Source of the DNA: a virus | Strand: one strand, 5' to 3' | Length of the DNA: 64,000 bases | IMG/VR virus record: IMGVR_UViG_3300044616_001452 | Shown: piece after piece, positions 55,901-64,000 of the stretch | How the letters are laid out: every line of letters starts with the position of its first letter | Position numbering within the stretch: position 1 is the stretch's first letter | The notes under the pieces: model-generated | Seen by the model: only the letters and a program-made list of their open reading frames with translations | What the model was told of the DNA's origin: nothing | Database searches by the model: none | Program-made: the position numbers and the translations under genes

Positions 55901-58738
55901 ATTGTTGGTATAGCCAATGCAAATACAGTTAATGTTGGAACATTATCAGCCGTAACAACAGTTATTGGTGGAACAATTACTGCTAATACAACACTAAGTG
56001 GTGGTTCCGCTAACATTATCAATGCAATTAATGCTGCTTCAGCCAATATTGTTGGTATAGCCAATGCAAATACAGTTAATGTTGGAACATTATCAGCCGT
56101 AACAACAGTTATTGGTGAAACAATTACTGCAAATACAATATTATCAGGTGGTTCCGCTAACATTATCAATGCAATTAATGCCGCTTCAGCCAATATTGTT
56201 GGTATAGCCAATGCAAATACAGTTAATGTTGGAACATTATCAGCCGTAACTCAAGTCATAGCGGGTTCTATAACATCGAATGCTGGTATAACAGCAGCAT
56301 CAGCGTCGATTGGAGCAGGCGGGTTAACAGTATCAGGTAATTTTATAGTTACCGGAACAACAGTTAATGATTCTAATACAATAGTTCTTAGAACTTCATC
56401 TCCTCTCGCTCAATCTGATAAAGCATATTTCATGATTAATAGGGGCGAAAGAGCTACGGGCGCAACAGGTCCAACTGGTCCAAGAGCAAATGCTGAGATT
56501 AGATGGGATAATGCATCCAATACATGGCAAATAAGAGATGTTGCAGGCGCCGATTTCAGTGTATATCATAATATTGTTACTGAAAAATATACTGCAAACA
56601 CAACGAATGCGGGTATCGTACAACTTAATGATACGACAACAAGTACAAGCACCACTTTAGCACCAACAGCAGCAGCGGTTAATACTTTAAGACTTGCAGT
56701 TAATTCTTCTGTTACATCAAATGTTCTAAATTCTGGTGCAGCAGTAGTTGTTGCTCAGAATTTTGTGACAGCAGTTGATGATTCTGATCCAGGCAACGGT
56801 AACTTTAAGTTCAACAATGCCACTATTAGTTCGGCAACTTTTGCATACATGGATAACTTGGACACTTATGGAAATAGTATCACAGGTATTCTTGCAGCAT
56901 ATGCAGACTCAAATGGAGTTACAAAAGGGCATCTAAGATTCTCCGTATTTGGTGCGTCAACAACAAAATACGCAGTCTTCGCCGTGACAGGTTCAACAGC
57001 AGCATCAGGTTATTATAAAGTTGCATTGTCACATGTTTCAAGTGCAGGAACATTCGCTGCTTCTGATCTTGTTATGGTTCAATTTAGTAGAGCAGGTAAT
57101 ATTGGACCACAAGGACCAATCGGACCAATTGGACCACAAGGACCAATCGGACCAATTGGACCACAAGGACCAATCGGACCACAAGGACCAATCGGACCAA
57201 TCGGTCCACAAGGACCAATAGGACCAATCGGTCCACAAGGACCAATCGGACCACAAGGACCAATCGGACCAATTGGACCACAAGGACCAATCGGACCAAT
57301 CGGACCACAAGGACCAATCGGACCAATCGGACCACAAGGACCAATCGGACCACAAGGACCAATAGGACCAATTGGACCACAAGGACCAATCGGACCAATT
57401 GGACCACAAGGACCAATCGGACCAATCGGACCACAAGGACCAATCGGTCCACAAGGACCAATAGGACCACTTGGGCCAATAGGACCAATAGGACCACTTG
57501 GACCAATAGGACCAATAGGTCCACAAGGACCAATAGGACCAATAGGACCAGTAGGTACTTTAGATGCAAATAAAAATTTTGTTGTAATTGGTAGTGTTTG
57601 CGATCTAACAGCCACAGGTTGCCATAATACATTTATTGGGGATCTTGCTGGTCGCCGCACAACATTTGGAATATCAAACTTTTTCGTAGGTCGAGAGGCT
57701 GGTGCTTGCAACACCACTGGAGCCGATAACGTCTTCATTGGATTATGCGCTGGTGCTTGCAACATCACTGGATTCAATAACGTCTTCATTGGAAAATGTT
57801 CTGGAAGACAAAACGAAACGGGTAGTGCCAACATCTTTTTTGGAACTTATACTGGTTGTTTAAACACCGGTGGAAGCAATAACGTCTTAATTGGATCTCA
57901 AGCTGGTCGCTGCAATGGTACAGGGAGCGGTAATAATATCATTGGAAGCGGAGCGGGTAAGTCTAATACCAGTGGAAGCAATAACGTCTTCCTTGGTTCA
58001 AACGCCGGTAACTTTAATACCACCGCGGCGGACAACATCTTCATTGGTCGATGTGCTGGATTTAATAACACAACTGCTGGGTATAATGTCTTCATTGGCG
58101 GCTATGCCGGTTGCGGCAACACCACTGGATGCAGAAACATCGCTATTGGCAATCTTGCCGGTAGAGACAACACATTTGGCAACTGTAACTTATTTATTGG
58201 TGTATATGCCGGTCTTGTAAACACCACTGGTTGCAACAATACCTTCATAGGTCGAGCTGCGGGTGCCAGCAATACAAGAGGTTGTAATAATATTTTCGTA
58301 GGTTGTTACAGTGGCTCAGGCCTTAATGGGCTTGCGAACATAACAACTGAATCAGATCGTATTATTATGGGGAATAGCTCTCATACATGCGCGCAAATAC
58401 AAGTTGCATGGACAGCCGTTTCTGATATTCGTGATAAGTGCATATTTGGTAAAGTACCTCACGGTAAAGGATTCTTGAATCAAGTTAATCCTATCATATT
58501 CAGTTTCAAAGACCGTGAGACTGGTCAACTTACTGATGAAAAGAAACGTTACGGTTTCTCTGCTCAAGAAATCCTTGAACTTGAAGGTGATGAACCTGTT
58601 CTAGTAGGAAATGATAATCCAGAAAAACTTGGGCTAACGGCAGAATACATCATACCAATTCTTGTAAATGCTATTAATGAACTTTCAGCCGAACTAGAAA
58701 TCGTTAAATCGGAGATAGAAGAACTAAAAAGGAAATAA
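52904..58738 (+). CDS. long tail fibre: 38- and 49-aa repeats, collagen segment, Cys-rich repeats, C-terminal intramolecular chaperone (S74-like)
   Basis: NTFGDW N-terminus; SDIRDK autocleavage motif, [16 protein letters not shown]. Confidence 0.88.
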   Translation: MANQIPPLGLANTFGDWIVTTNSVLKETNDLAANNYTKDSGSLIIQSSGTGLQVANDAIVQGSFQVSGTGSSATIQNNLTVTQGSIRASNTTALGLRIDGVANIANLQIIGSGLGNDNQGPALYVGNNTVLVGNVALSNTITVSGNARVLGVNANSYITAPSVYATSIFSGAITANTQLNVGAANVVNGIDAALARIGNIVANTGLIGGAITANTQLNVGAANVVNGIDAGSARIGNIVANTGLIGGAITANTQLNVGAANVVNGIDAGSARIGNIVANTSLIGGTLTANTQLNVGAANVVNGIDAGSARIGNIIANTSLVGGTITANTQLNVGAANVVNGIDAGSARIGNIIANTSLIGGTLTANTQLNVGDANVVNRLDASSARIGNIVANTSLVGGTITANTQLNVGAANVVNGIDAALARIGNIVANTGLIGGAITANTQLNVGAANVINGIDAASARIGSIVANTSLIGGTITANTTLSGGSANIINAINAASANIVGLMNANTGNVGTLSAVTTVVAGTITANTTLSGGSANIINAINAASANIVGLMNANTANVGTLSAVTTVVAGTITANTTLSGGSANIINAINAASANIVGIANANTANVGTLSAVTTVVAGTITANTTLSGGSANIINAINAASANIVGLMNANTGNVGTLSAVTTVIGGTITANTILSGGSANIINAINAASANIVGIANANTGNVGTLSAVTTVIGGTITANTILSGDSANIVTIMNANTGNVGTLSAVTTVIGGTITANTILSGGSANIFGIANANTVNVGTLSAVTRVIGGTITANTQLNVGAANVINGIDAGSARIGNIVANTNLMAGSINANSYLTIANSLYSVTRNNAVTVTSYTGNGTTFVTGVATNHGLANGELIFINGAAVTQAPLNGVWAVVNTGVNSIMFSIAPGTLPVGTNTTAIGSTTVARSFNYVTSLNSNSYITTTEAQATRLQAGNIVANTSLIGGTITANTTLSGGSANIINAINAASANIVGIANANTVNVGTLSAVTTVIGGTITANTTLSGGSANIINAINAASANIVGIANANTVNVGTLSAVTTVIGETITANTILSGGSANIINAINAASANIVGIANANTVNVGTLSAVTQVIAGSITSNAGITAASASIGAGGLTVSGNFIVTGTTVNDSNTIVLRTSSPLAQSDKAYFMINRGERATGATGPTGPRANAEIRWDNASNTWQIRDVAGADFSVYHNIVTEKYTANTTNAGIVQLNDTTTSTSTTLAPTAAAVNTLRLAVNSSVTSNVLNSGAAVVVAQNFVTAVDDSDPGNGNFKFNNATISSATFAYMDNLDTYGNSITGILAAYADSNGVTKGHLRFSVFGASTTKYAVFAVTGSTAASGYYKVALSHVSSAGTFAASDLVMVQFSRAGNIGPQGPIGPIGPQGPIGPIGPQGPIGPQGPIGPIGPQGPIGPIGPQGPIGPQGPIGPIGPQGPIGPIGPQGPIGPIGPQGPIGPQGPIGPIGPQGPIGPIGPQGPIGPIGPQGPIGPQGPIGPLGPIGPIGPLGPIGPIGPQGPIGPIGPVGTLDANKNFVVIGSVCDLTATGCHNTFIGDLAGRRTTFGISNFFVGREAGACNTTGADNVFIGLCAGACNITGFNNVFIGKCSGRQNETGSANIFFGTYTGCLNTGGSNNVLIGSQAGRCNGTGSGNNIIGSGAGKSNTSGSNNVFLGSNAGNFNTTAADNIFIGRCAGFNNTTAGYNVFIGGYAGCGNTTGCRNIAIGNLAGRDNTFGNCNLFIGVYAGLVNTTGCNNTFIGRAAGASNTRGCNNIFVGCYSGSGLNGLANITTESDRIIMGNSSHTCAQIQVAWTAVSDIRDKCIFGKVPHGKGFLNQVNPIIFSFKDRETGQLTDEKKRYGFSAQEILELEGDEPVLVGNDNPEKLGLTAEYIIPILVNAINELSAELEIVKSEIEELKRK
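53410..54330 (+). repeat. 114-bp tandem coding repeat ([20 protein letters not shown]...)
   Basis: About 8 copies visible in the translation. Confidence 0.9.
54325..56250 (+). repeat. 147-bp coding repeat ([27 protein letters not shown]...), two blocks split by a unique domain at ~55400-55790
   Basis: Copies at 54481, 54628, 54775 etc. Confidence 0.9.
57104..57556 (+). repeat. collagen-like (GPI/GPQ)n coding repeat
   Basis: GGACCA-based 9-nt units. Confidence 0.95.
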
Positions 58739-58746
58739 CCTGCTTT

Positions 58747-58754
58747 ACTAAATA
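58747..58754 (+). promoter_or_regulatory. late-like promoter ACTAAATA
   Basis: Same variant at 14729, 23010 and 45963; TCTAAATA at 61088. Confidence 0.6.
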
Positions 58755-58776
58755 TACCGACTAGAAAGGAAAATTT

Positions 58777-59130
58777 ATGCCAGCAGGTTATTCTGAATTA
58801 TTTCTTGAGCAAGGAGCAGACTTTAACACATCAATTACTCTTGATGATGTGAGTGGTGTTGCATTCAATTTAGTAAATTATACAGCATCTTCACAAATGA
58901 GAAAGTCATATTACTCATCGAACGCTGCTGCTACGTTTACCGTTTCAACCGGGGCGGTACCTTCAGCAGGTGTAATTACATTGTCTTTAAATTCGGCAAA
59001 CACTGCTAACATATATCCTGGCAGATATGTATATGATGTTTACATTACCTCAAATGTGGGAAGAATTCGAGTATTGGAGGGTATAGTTAATGTAAGCCCA
59101 CAAGTTACTAAATTACCAGGAATGCTATAA
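58777..59130 (+). CDS. virion structural/adaptor protein
   Basis: EQGADF, QMRKSY.S, GRYVYDV, RVLEGIV.VSP.VT. Confidence 0.8.
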   Translation: MPAGYSELFLEQGADFNTSITLDDVSGVAFNLVNYTASSQMRKSYYSSNAAATFTVSTGAVPSAGVITLSLNSANTANIYPGRYVYDVYITSNVGRIRVLEGIVNVSPQVTKLPGML

Positions 59131-59354
59131 TGTCACAAACAATAGGTACAGTGAGTGTAAAGGTAAATAGCACTCCTTCTGTTAGAGTACAATCAATTCA
59201 ATATTTACCAAATCCAGCCGAGTATACTATTAAAGATGCTTCTGACTTGGAAATTTCAAATAATTTGACAGGGCGTGGAGTTTTAACCTACGACGAAACT
59301 AATCAAGAATTTGTCGTGCAAGATATACCAAGACTAAACGGAGGCACATTCTAA
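59130..59354 (+). CDS. small fibre adaptor-like protein ending LNGGTF
   Basis: TAATG coupling. Confidence 0.7.
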   Translation: MSQTIGTVSVKVNSTPSVRVQSIQYLPNPAEYTIKDASDLEISNNLTGRGVLTYDETNQEFVVQDIPRLNGGTF

Positions 59355-59355
59355 A

Positions 59356-61092
59356 ATGGCTGGAGCAACCAATACAATCATTCAGATTTTACGTTCGAAC
59401 ACTACTGCATATCCTACCACTTTAGAGCCAGGTGAACAGGCGTATTCATACGTATCACAAAGACTTTTCATTGGTAATACTGATAATTCTGTTATTACAA
59501 TTGGCGGTAAATATTATGTTGATCTAATTGATAATGCGACTGCATCCAATACGGGCAACACTCTTGTTCGCCGTGATAATGCCGGCAATGTTGCGTTCAA
59601 AATGGTTTCTGTTGCAGACAATGCATCACAGTCTACAGATGTTGTCAATAAAAATTATCTAGATTCCAGAATCAATGCACTGTCATCAAATACAATTTAT
59701 GATGGTGCACCTATTGGTACAAATGGTTATTCTAATGTTCATGTAAATTCCGCAGTCGGTGGTGGGCAAGTTATTGTTGTTGCAAATAATACAACAGTTG
59801 CAACATTTACCAAAACAACTGCAACATTTGTACAAGATGTTGGTATTACAGGAAATCTTGTAGTCAGAGGCACAACATCTTATACGAATGTACAATCACT
59901 TCTTGTTTCAAACAATGACATTGTACTGAATGCAAACGCAGCAGGTTATCCATTAATCAATGCATACATTACAGTCAATCGTGGTGCAGCAGATAATTCT
60001 GCAATTATTTGGAATGAGGCTACAGATAGATGGCAAGTTGATAATGCCATAGGAACAAATTATGATATTGTTGACACAGGTGGTGGGCAATCGATTGGTG
60101 GTACAACAACACTTAATGCTGCATCAGTAACAAATGGTTTACATGCAGGCACATTAGAAGTTTCTGGGCATACAAATGTTGCATCACTGACAGCAAATAG
60201 CACAATTATTACCAATCAGTTGATCGTTGCATCAAACGTACAACTTGCGAACGTAGCAAACGTTGCGTATTACGGTAACGTAGTTGATGCGGCCACACCA
60301 GTGATTGGCAAACATTACATTATGATATCTGATGGCAATTCAGGTAACAACAGATTTCATGCAAATTCGTTACTTGCTTTTGATACCTCAAACACCACAT
60401 TTGCTGTTGGTTATTCTGCTTATACACCATTGCCTAATACATTGTACCAAGCAACTGGATCATCAATAGCATATATTCAAAACAATATACAAAATATAAA
60501 CAATGAGGGTTCTGGCGACTGGGTTGCTACAGCCGATAATGGTGATGACACAAAAGGTTACATCGATATGGGTATTGCCGGAGGCGCCTACACATATGAT
60601 GGTTTCCATAAACCTAATGACGGTTACTTGTTTGTTGCAGGCAACACTGGGCAAGGGCTAGGCAACTTATGGATTGGTACTGCTGTATCCAACACATTAA
60701 ACCAAACGATAGGTTCAATATACTTTCATTTAGGTTATGAGTCTTCATCAAATATAGTTGGTTACATTAGCCGTCAAGGCAATAATCCAGCAAACAATGC
60801 TACATGGGCAATAAACAAAACCACTGGCGCAAATCACAATTATTCACTTGATGTAAATGGTGCAGCGAATGTTTCTTCACTTTTCATAAACGGAACACAA
60901 GTTCTTGGGCAATCATTCGCACTTCCAGTTTCATTTGGTGGCACAGGGTTAACTTCTGTAACGGCAAATGCAGTTTTATTTGGTTCAGGATCAGGCACTT
61001 TAGGTGTCACAAATGCGCCAACAGCCGGGCAAGTTTTACAATATAGAACAGATGGTGTTAAATTTGGTGGGCTAGATGGAGGAACATTCTAA
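59356..61092 (+). CDS. tail fibre protein (Mtd_N-like N-terminus, ends LDGGTF)
   Basis: IQILRS...GEQAYS...LFIG; beta-rich. Confidence 0.8.
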   Translation: MAGATNTIIQILRSNTTAYPTTLEPGEQAYSYVSQRLFIGNTDNSVITIGGKYYVDLIDNATASNTGNTLVRRDNAGNVAFKMVSVADNASQSTDVVNKNYLDSRINALSSNTIYDGAPIGTNGYSNVHVNSAVGGGQVIVVANNTTVATFTKTTATFVQDVGITGNLVVRGTTSYTNVQSLLVSNNDIVLNANAAGYPLINAYITVNRGAADNSAIIWNEATDRWQVDNAIGTNYDIVDTGGGQSIGGTTTLNAASVTNGLHAGTLEVSGHTNVASLTANSTIITNQLIVASNVQLANVANVAYYGNVVDAATPVIGKHYIMISDGNSGNNRFHANSLLAFDTSNTTFAVGYSAYTPLPNTLYQATGSSIAYIQNNIQNINNEGSGDWVATADNGDDTKGYIDMGIAGGAYTYDGFHKPNDGYLFVAGNTGQGLGNLWIGTAVSNTLNQTIGSIYFHLGYESSSNIVGYISRQGNNPANNATWAINKTTGANHNYSLDVNGAANVSSLFINGTQVLGQSFALPVSFGGTGLTSVTANAVLFGSGSGTLGVTNAPTAGQVLQYRTDGVKFGGLDGGTF

Positions 61093-61128
61093 ATAATATC
61101 ATGTTTACATTAATGATGAGGTTCGAAA

Positions 61129-61626
61129 ATGAATCAAGAAAAATTTATAAATTCGTATATAGAATTACTTAATTCAACATTAACTGAGGCTATACAAAAA
61201 AATATAACAATACTGGCTCAAAAAAATGTTTTAGAAAATGAATTAAATGAGTTTAAAAGTGTTGTAGATTCAAGTAAGAATACACTTAAAAACAATCTTG
61301 AACAGAAAGAGAAAGAAATTGTTGAATTAAAAAATCAATTAAATGATGCAAGAAGACAAAAAGATATTGCAGCAGTTGAATCGAATGAACTGAAAAAGAA
61401 TGCGCAACACATTGATACTTTTAAAAGTGAACTCATCAAAACAAGAAGTGAAATTGATAGGCTTAACAAAGAATTACAAGAAAAGGAAAATACGATTAAT
61501 AAATTAACAGAAGAAGTGGAAACATTAAAAAATGATTCTGTTAAAATTATTCCTGTGAAGAAGTCTGTCAAAAAAGCCGTTGAAATAAAAGAAACACCTC
61601 TTGTCAAGGATGCAGGTAACTTTTAA
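61129..61626 (+). CDS. coiled-coil hypothetical protein
   Basis: Heptad K/E-rich; ends DAGNF. Confidence 0.8.
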   Translation: MNQEKFINSYIELLNSTLTEAIQKNITILAQKNVLENELNEFKSVVDSSKNTLKNNLEQKEKEIVELKNQLNDARRQKDIAAVESNELKKNAQHIDTFKSELIKTRSEIDRLNKELQEKENTINKLTEEVETLKNDSVKIIPVKKSVKKAVEIKETPLVKDAGNF

Positions 61627-63980
61627 TGTCAAACACAGTAATTCAAATAAAGAGATCATCAGCAACAGGTAATATTCCTGATACTGGTTCGATTATACAT
61701 GGTGAATTAGCAATTAACTATGCTGACGGTAAACTTTATTACAAGACGGACACCAACACCGTCGATTCCATTTACACACCAAATTTATATGAAACACTCA
61801 ATGTAAGTGGAACACTTCTAGTACCAACAACACCAACAGAAATTTTAAATATTATTGGTGCAAATGGTATTTCCGTATCTGGCAATTCAACAACAGATAC
61901 GATAAGAATCGATGAAACTCTAAGCCCAATAATCAATTCTGCATATGCTCAAGCAAATGCTGCTTTTAACTATGCAAATAACATTTCTCTTACTCCAGGT
62001 CCAACCGGTCCACAGGGACCAACTGGAGCCACAGGTCCAACAGGTCCCACTGGTGCAGCAGGCGACAAATATTCAACAACTAGTGCAACATCATATACAA
62101 TTCTTGGAAATGGAAATACAGCTTCAATAGTAATTGGAACGAGTTTAAATTATTCTGTCGGGCAAGCAATTCGAATTGCAAATACAGTCTCAATATACCA
62201 AGATGCAGACGTAACTTATTACGATTCAAGTAATGGCTTTTTACAATTCTTTACAATAGGTTTCAGTGGCTCAGGCACATACAATTTTTGGAACGTAAAT
62301 TTAGCCGGTGCGGTCGGTGCTGCTGGACCAACAGGACCACAGGGTCCAATTGGTCCAATAGGACCAACAGGTCCTCAAGGTCCAATTGGTCCAATAGGAC
62401 CAACAGGTCCTCAAGGACCAATCGGTCCAACAGGTCCACAAGGTCCAATTGGTACAATAGGACCAACAGGTCCACAAGGACCAATTGGTGATACGGGACC
62501 ACAGGGACCAATCGGTCCAATTGGACCACAAGGTCCGATAGGACCAATAGGTCCACAAGGTCCGATTGGACCCATCGGTCCGATTGGACCAACAGGTCCA
62601 CAGGGACCACAAGGAAATACAGGACCAACAGGTCCACAGGGGCCTCAAGGTGATACTGGACCGCAAGGTCCAATCGGTCCCATCGGTCCTATTGGTCCCA
62701 TTGGTCCACAAGGTCCCATTGGACCAATAGGTCCACAAGGTCCAATCGGTCCCATCGGTCCTATTGGTCCCATTGGTCCACAAGGTCCCATTGGACCAAT
62801 AGGTCCACAAGGTCCAATCGGTCCCATTGGACCAATCGGTCCAATTGGTCCTACTGGACCACAAGGTCCAATTGGACCAATAGGTCCAATCGGTCCCGTT
62901 GGTCCACAAGGTCCCATCGGTCCTATTGGGCCCATAGGTCCAATCGGTCCAATAGGACCAACAGGACCACAGGGGCCAATAGGACCAGGAGGTCCGGGCG
63001 GTCCAGGTGGACCAATCGGCCCCATAGGCCCCATCGGTCCAATTGGTCCTATTGGTCCAACAGGCCCACAAGGTCCAATTGGACCAGGAGGTCCAGGTGG
63101 TCCAATCGGTCCTATTGGGCCCATCGGCCCCATCGGTCCAATAGGTCCTACTGGTCCACAAGGTCCAATTGGACCAGGAGGTCCAGGTGGTCCAATCGGT
63201 CCTATTGGTCCAATCGGTCCAATTGGTCCTATTGGTCCAACAGGCCCACAAGGTCCAATTGGACCAGGAGGTCCAGGTGGTCCAATCGGTCCTATTGGGC
63301 CCATCGGCCCCATCGGTCCAATAGGTCCTACTGGTCCACAAGGTCCTATTGGTCCAGGTGGTCCAGGTGGTCCCATAGGTCCCATAGGTCCCATAGGTCC
63401 AATCGGTCCAATAGGTCCTACTGGTCCACAAGGTCCTATTGGTCCAGGTGGTCCAGGTGGTCCCATAGGTCCCATAGGTCCAATCGGTCCTATCGGCCCA
63501 TCCACAGCAATTAATGCAACAAACACAACTTCATCATTCAATAACTATCTGGTTGGTGTGCCTGCTGCCGGTTCTAATCAGACACCATATGTTTCTGTAA
63601 CAAATGCAGTCTATGTAAATCCAAGCACAGGTACACTGTTTGCTGTTGCTAAATCGTTCCGTATTCCACATCCAACAAAAACAGGTAAGATGTTGGTCTA
63701 TGGTTCGTTAGAAGGTCCAGAAAACGGTGTGTATGCTCGCGGTAGATTGACTGGTGGTAATGTCATTGAGTTACCAGATTATTGGGCACATCTTGTTCAT
63801 GACGATACAATCACTGTACAGCTAACAGCCATTGGTAGAAAACAAAATCTTTATGTTAAAAAAGTGGAAGGTAATATGATAACAATCGGCTACTCAGACA
63901 TGGAAGTTTCCGGTATCGACTGTTACTATTACATCATGGCTGAACGTAAAGATGTGGAGAAATTGGTAGTGGAGGAATAA
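61626..63980 (+). CDS. collagen-like tail fibre protein
   Basis: [22 protein letters not shown]-terminus; long GPx tract; [21 protein letters not shown]-terminal domain. Confidence 0.88.
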   Translation: MSNTVIQIKRSSATGNIPDTGSIIHGELAINYADGKLYYKTDTNTVDSIYTPNLYETLNVSGTLLVPTTPTEILNIIGANGISVSGNSTTDTIRIDETLSPIINSAYAQANAAFNYANNISLTPGPTGPQGPTGATGPTGPTGAAGDKYSTTSATSYTILGNGNTASIVIGTSLNYSVGQAIRIANTVSIYQDADVTYYDSSNGFLQFFTIGFSGSGTYNFWNVNLAGAVGAAGPTGPQGPIGPIGPTGPQGPIGPIGPTGPQGPIGPTGPQGPIGTIGPTGPQGPIGDTGPQGPIGPIGPQGPIGPIGPQGPIGPIGPIGPTGPQGPQGNTGPTGPQGPQGDTGPQGPIGPIGPIGPIGPQGPIGPIGPQGPIGPIGPIGPIGPQGPIGPIGPQGPIGPIGPIGPIGPTGPQGPIGPIGPIGPVGPQGPIGPIGPIGPIGPIGPTGPQGPIGPGGPGGPGGPIGPIGPIGPIGPIGPTGPQGPIGPGGPGGPIGPIGPIGPIGPIGPTGPQGPIGPGGPGGPIGPIGPIGPIGPIGPTGPQGPIGPGGPGGPIGPIGPIGPIGPIGPTGPQGPIGPGGPGGPIGPIGPIGPIGPIGPTGPQGPIGPGGPGGPIGPIGPIGPIGPSTAINATNTTSSFNNYLVGVPAAGSNQTPYVSVTNAVYVNPSTGTLFAVAKSFRIPHPTKTGKMLVYGSLEGPENGVYARGRLTGGNVIELPDYWAHLVHDDTITVQLTAIGRKQNLYVKKVEGNMITIGYSDMEVSGIDCYYYIMAERKDVEKLVVEE
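62325..63500 (+). repeat. collagen-like ([12 protein letters not shown])n coding repeat with higher-order units
   Basis: Uninterrupted Gly-X-Y tract of about 1.2 kb. Confidence 0.95.
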
Positions 63981-64000
63981 ATTGGCAACTTTTTATAACC

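Noticed and set aside
57560-58350. Diversity-generating retroelement target
   Set aside because: No reverse transcriptase and no TR/VR pair differing only at adenines seen in this window
53392-63541. Long antisense and alternate-frame ORFs over the fibre and collagen repeats (e.g. WSDWSL repeats, GPIGPC)
   Set aside because: By-products of stop-free periodic sequence; no SD or promoter
1-64000. Stop-codon reassignment
   Set aside because: Core genes are full length in the standard code, and TAA, TGA and TAG all end coupled ORFs
1-64000. Introns, inteins, homing endonucleases, transposases
   Set aside because: No interrupted core gene or HNH/GIY-YIG/LAGLIDADG motif recognised

Overview
64-kb fragment of a large T4-like (Tevenvirinae-related) myophage genome, standard genetic code. 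About 1-15 kb is an early/accessory region: dense small ORFs, three AAA ATPases, a DexA-like exonuclease and a phasin-like gene. It is driven by a repeated sigma70-type promoter (TTGCCA -35) that is always preceded by a TGTTG-N8-CAACA palindrome. About 15-24 kb holds auxiliary and replication genes (GT2, DenV-like, MazG-like, 2OG oxygenase, PhoH, exonuclease, gp33, gp59, gp32) and a circularly permuted two-piece tmRNA (tag ANEERFALAA) behind a T4 late promoter. About 24-32 kb is a minus-strand late operon: gp4, a GT4-FkbM fusion, gp2, gp54-like, gp26/gp51-like joined by an apparent -1 frameshift, and two hub/tape-measure-like genes. About 32-64 kb encodes the baseplate (gp48, 53, 27-like, split gp5, 25, 6, 7, 8, VrlC-like) and repeat/collagen-rich fibres. 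The tmRNA tag and phasin-like gene suggest a betaproteobacterial host (inference). Top observations: the permuted tmRNA, the gp26/gp51 frameshift, the operator-promoter cassette, apparent DNA-level selection for GGGC/GCCC, and a possible virion glycosylation system. All family assignments are from motif recognition by eye; no searches were run.
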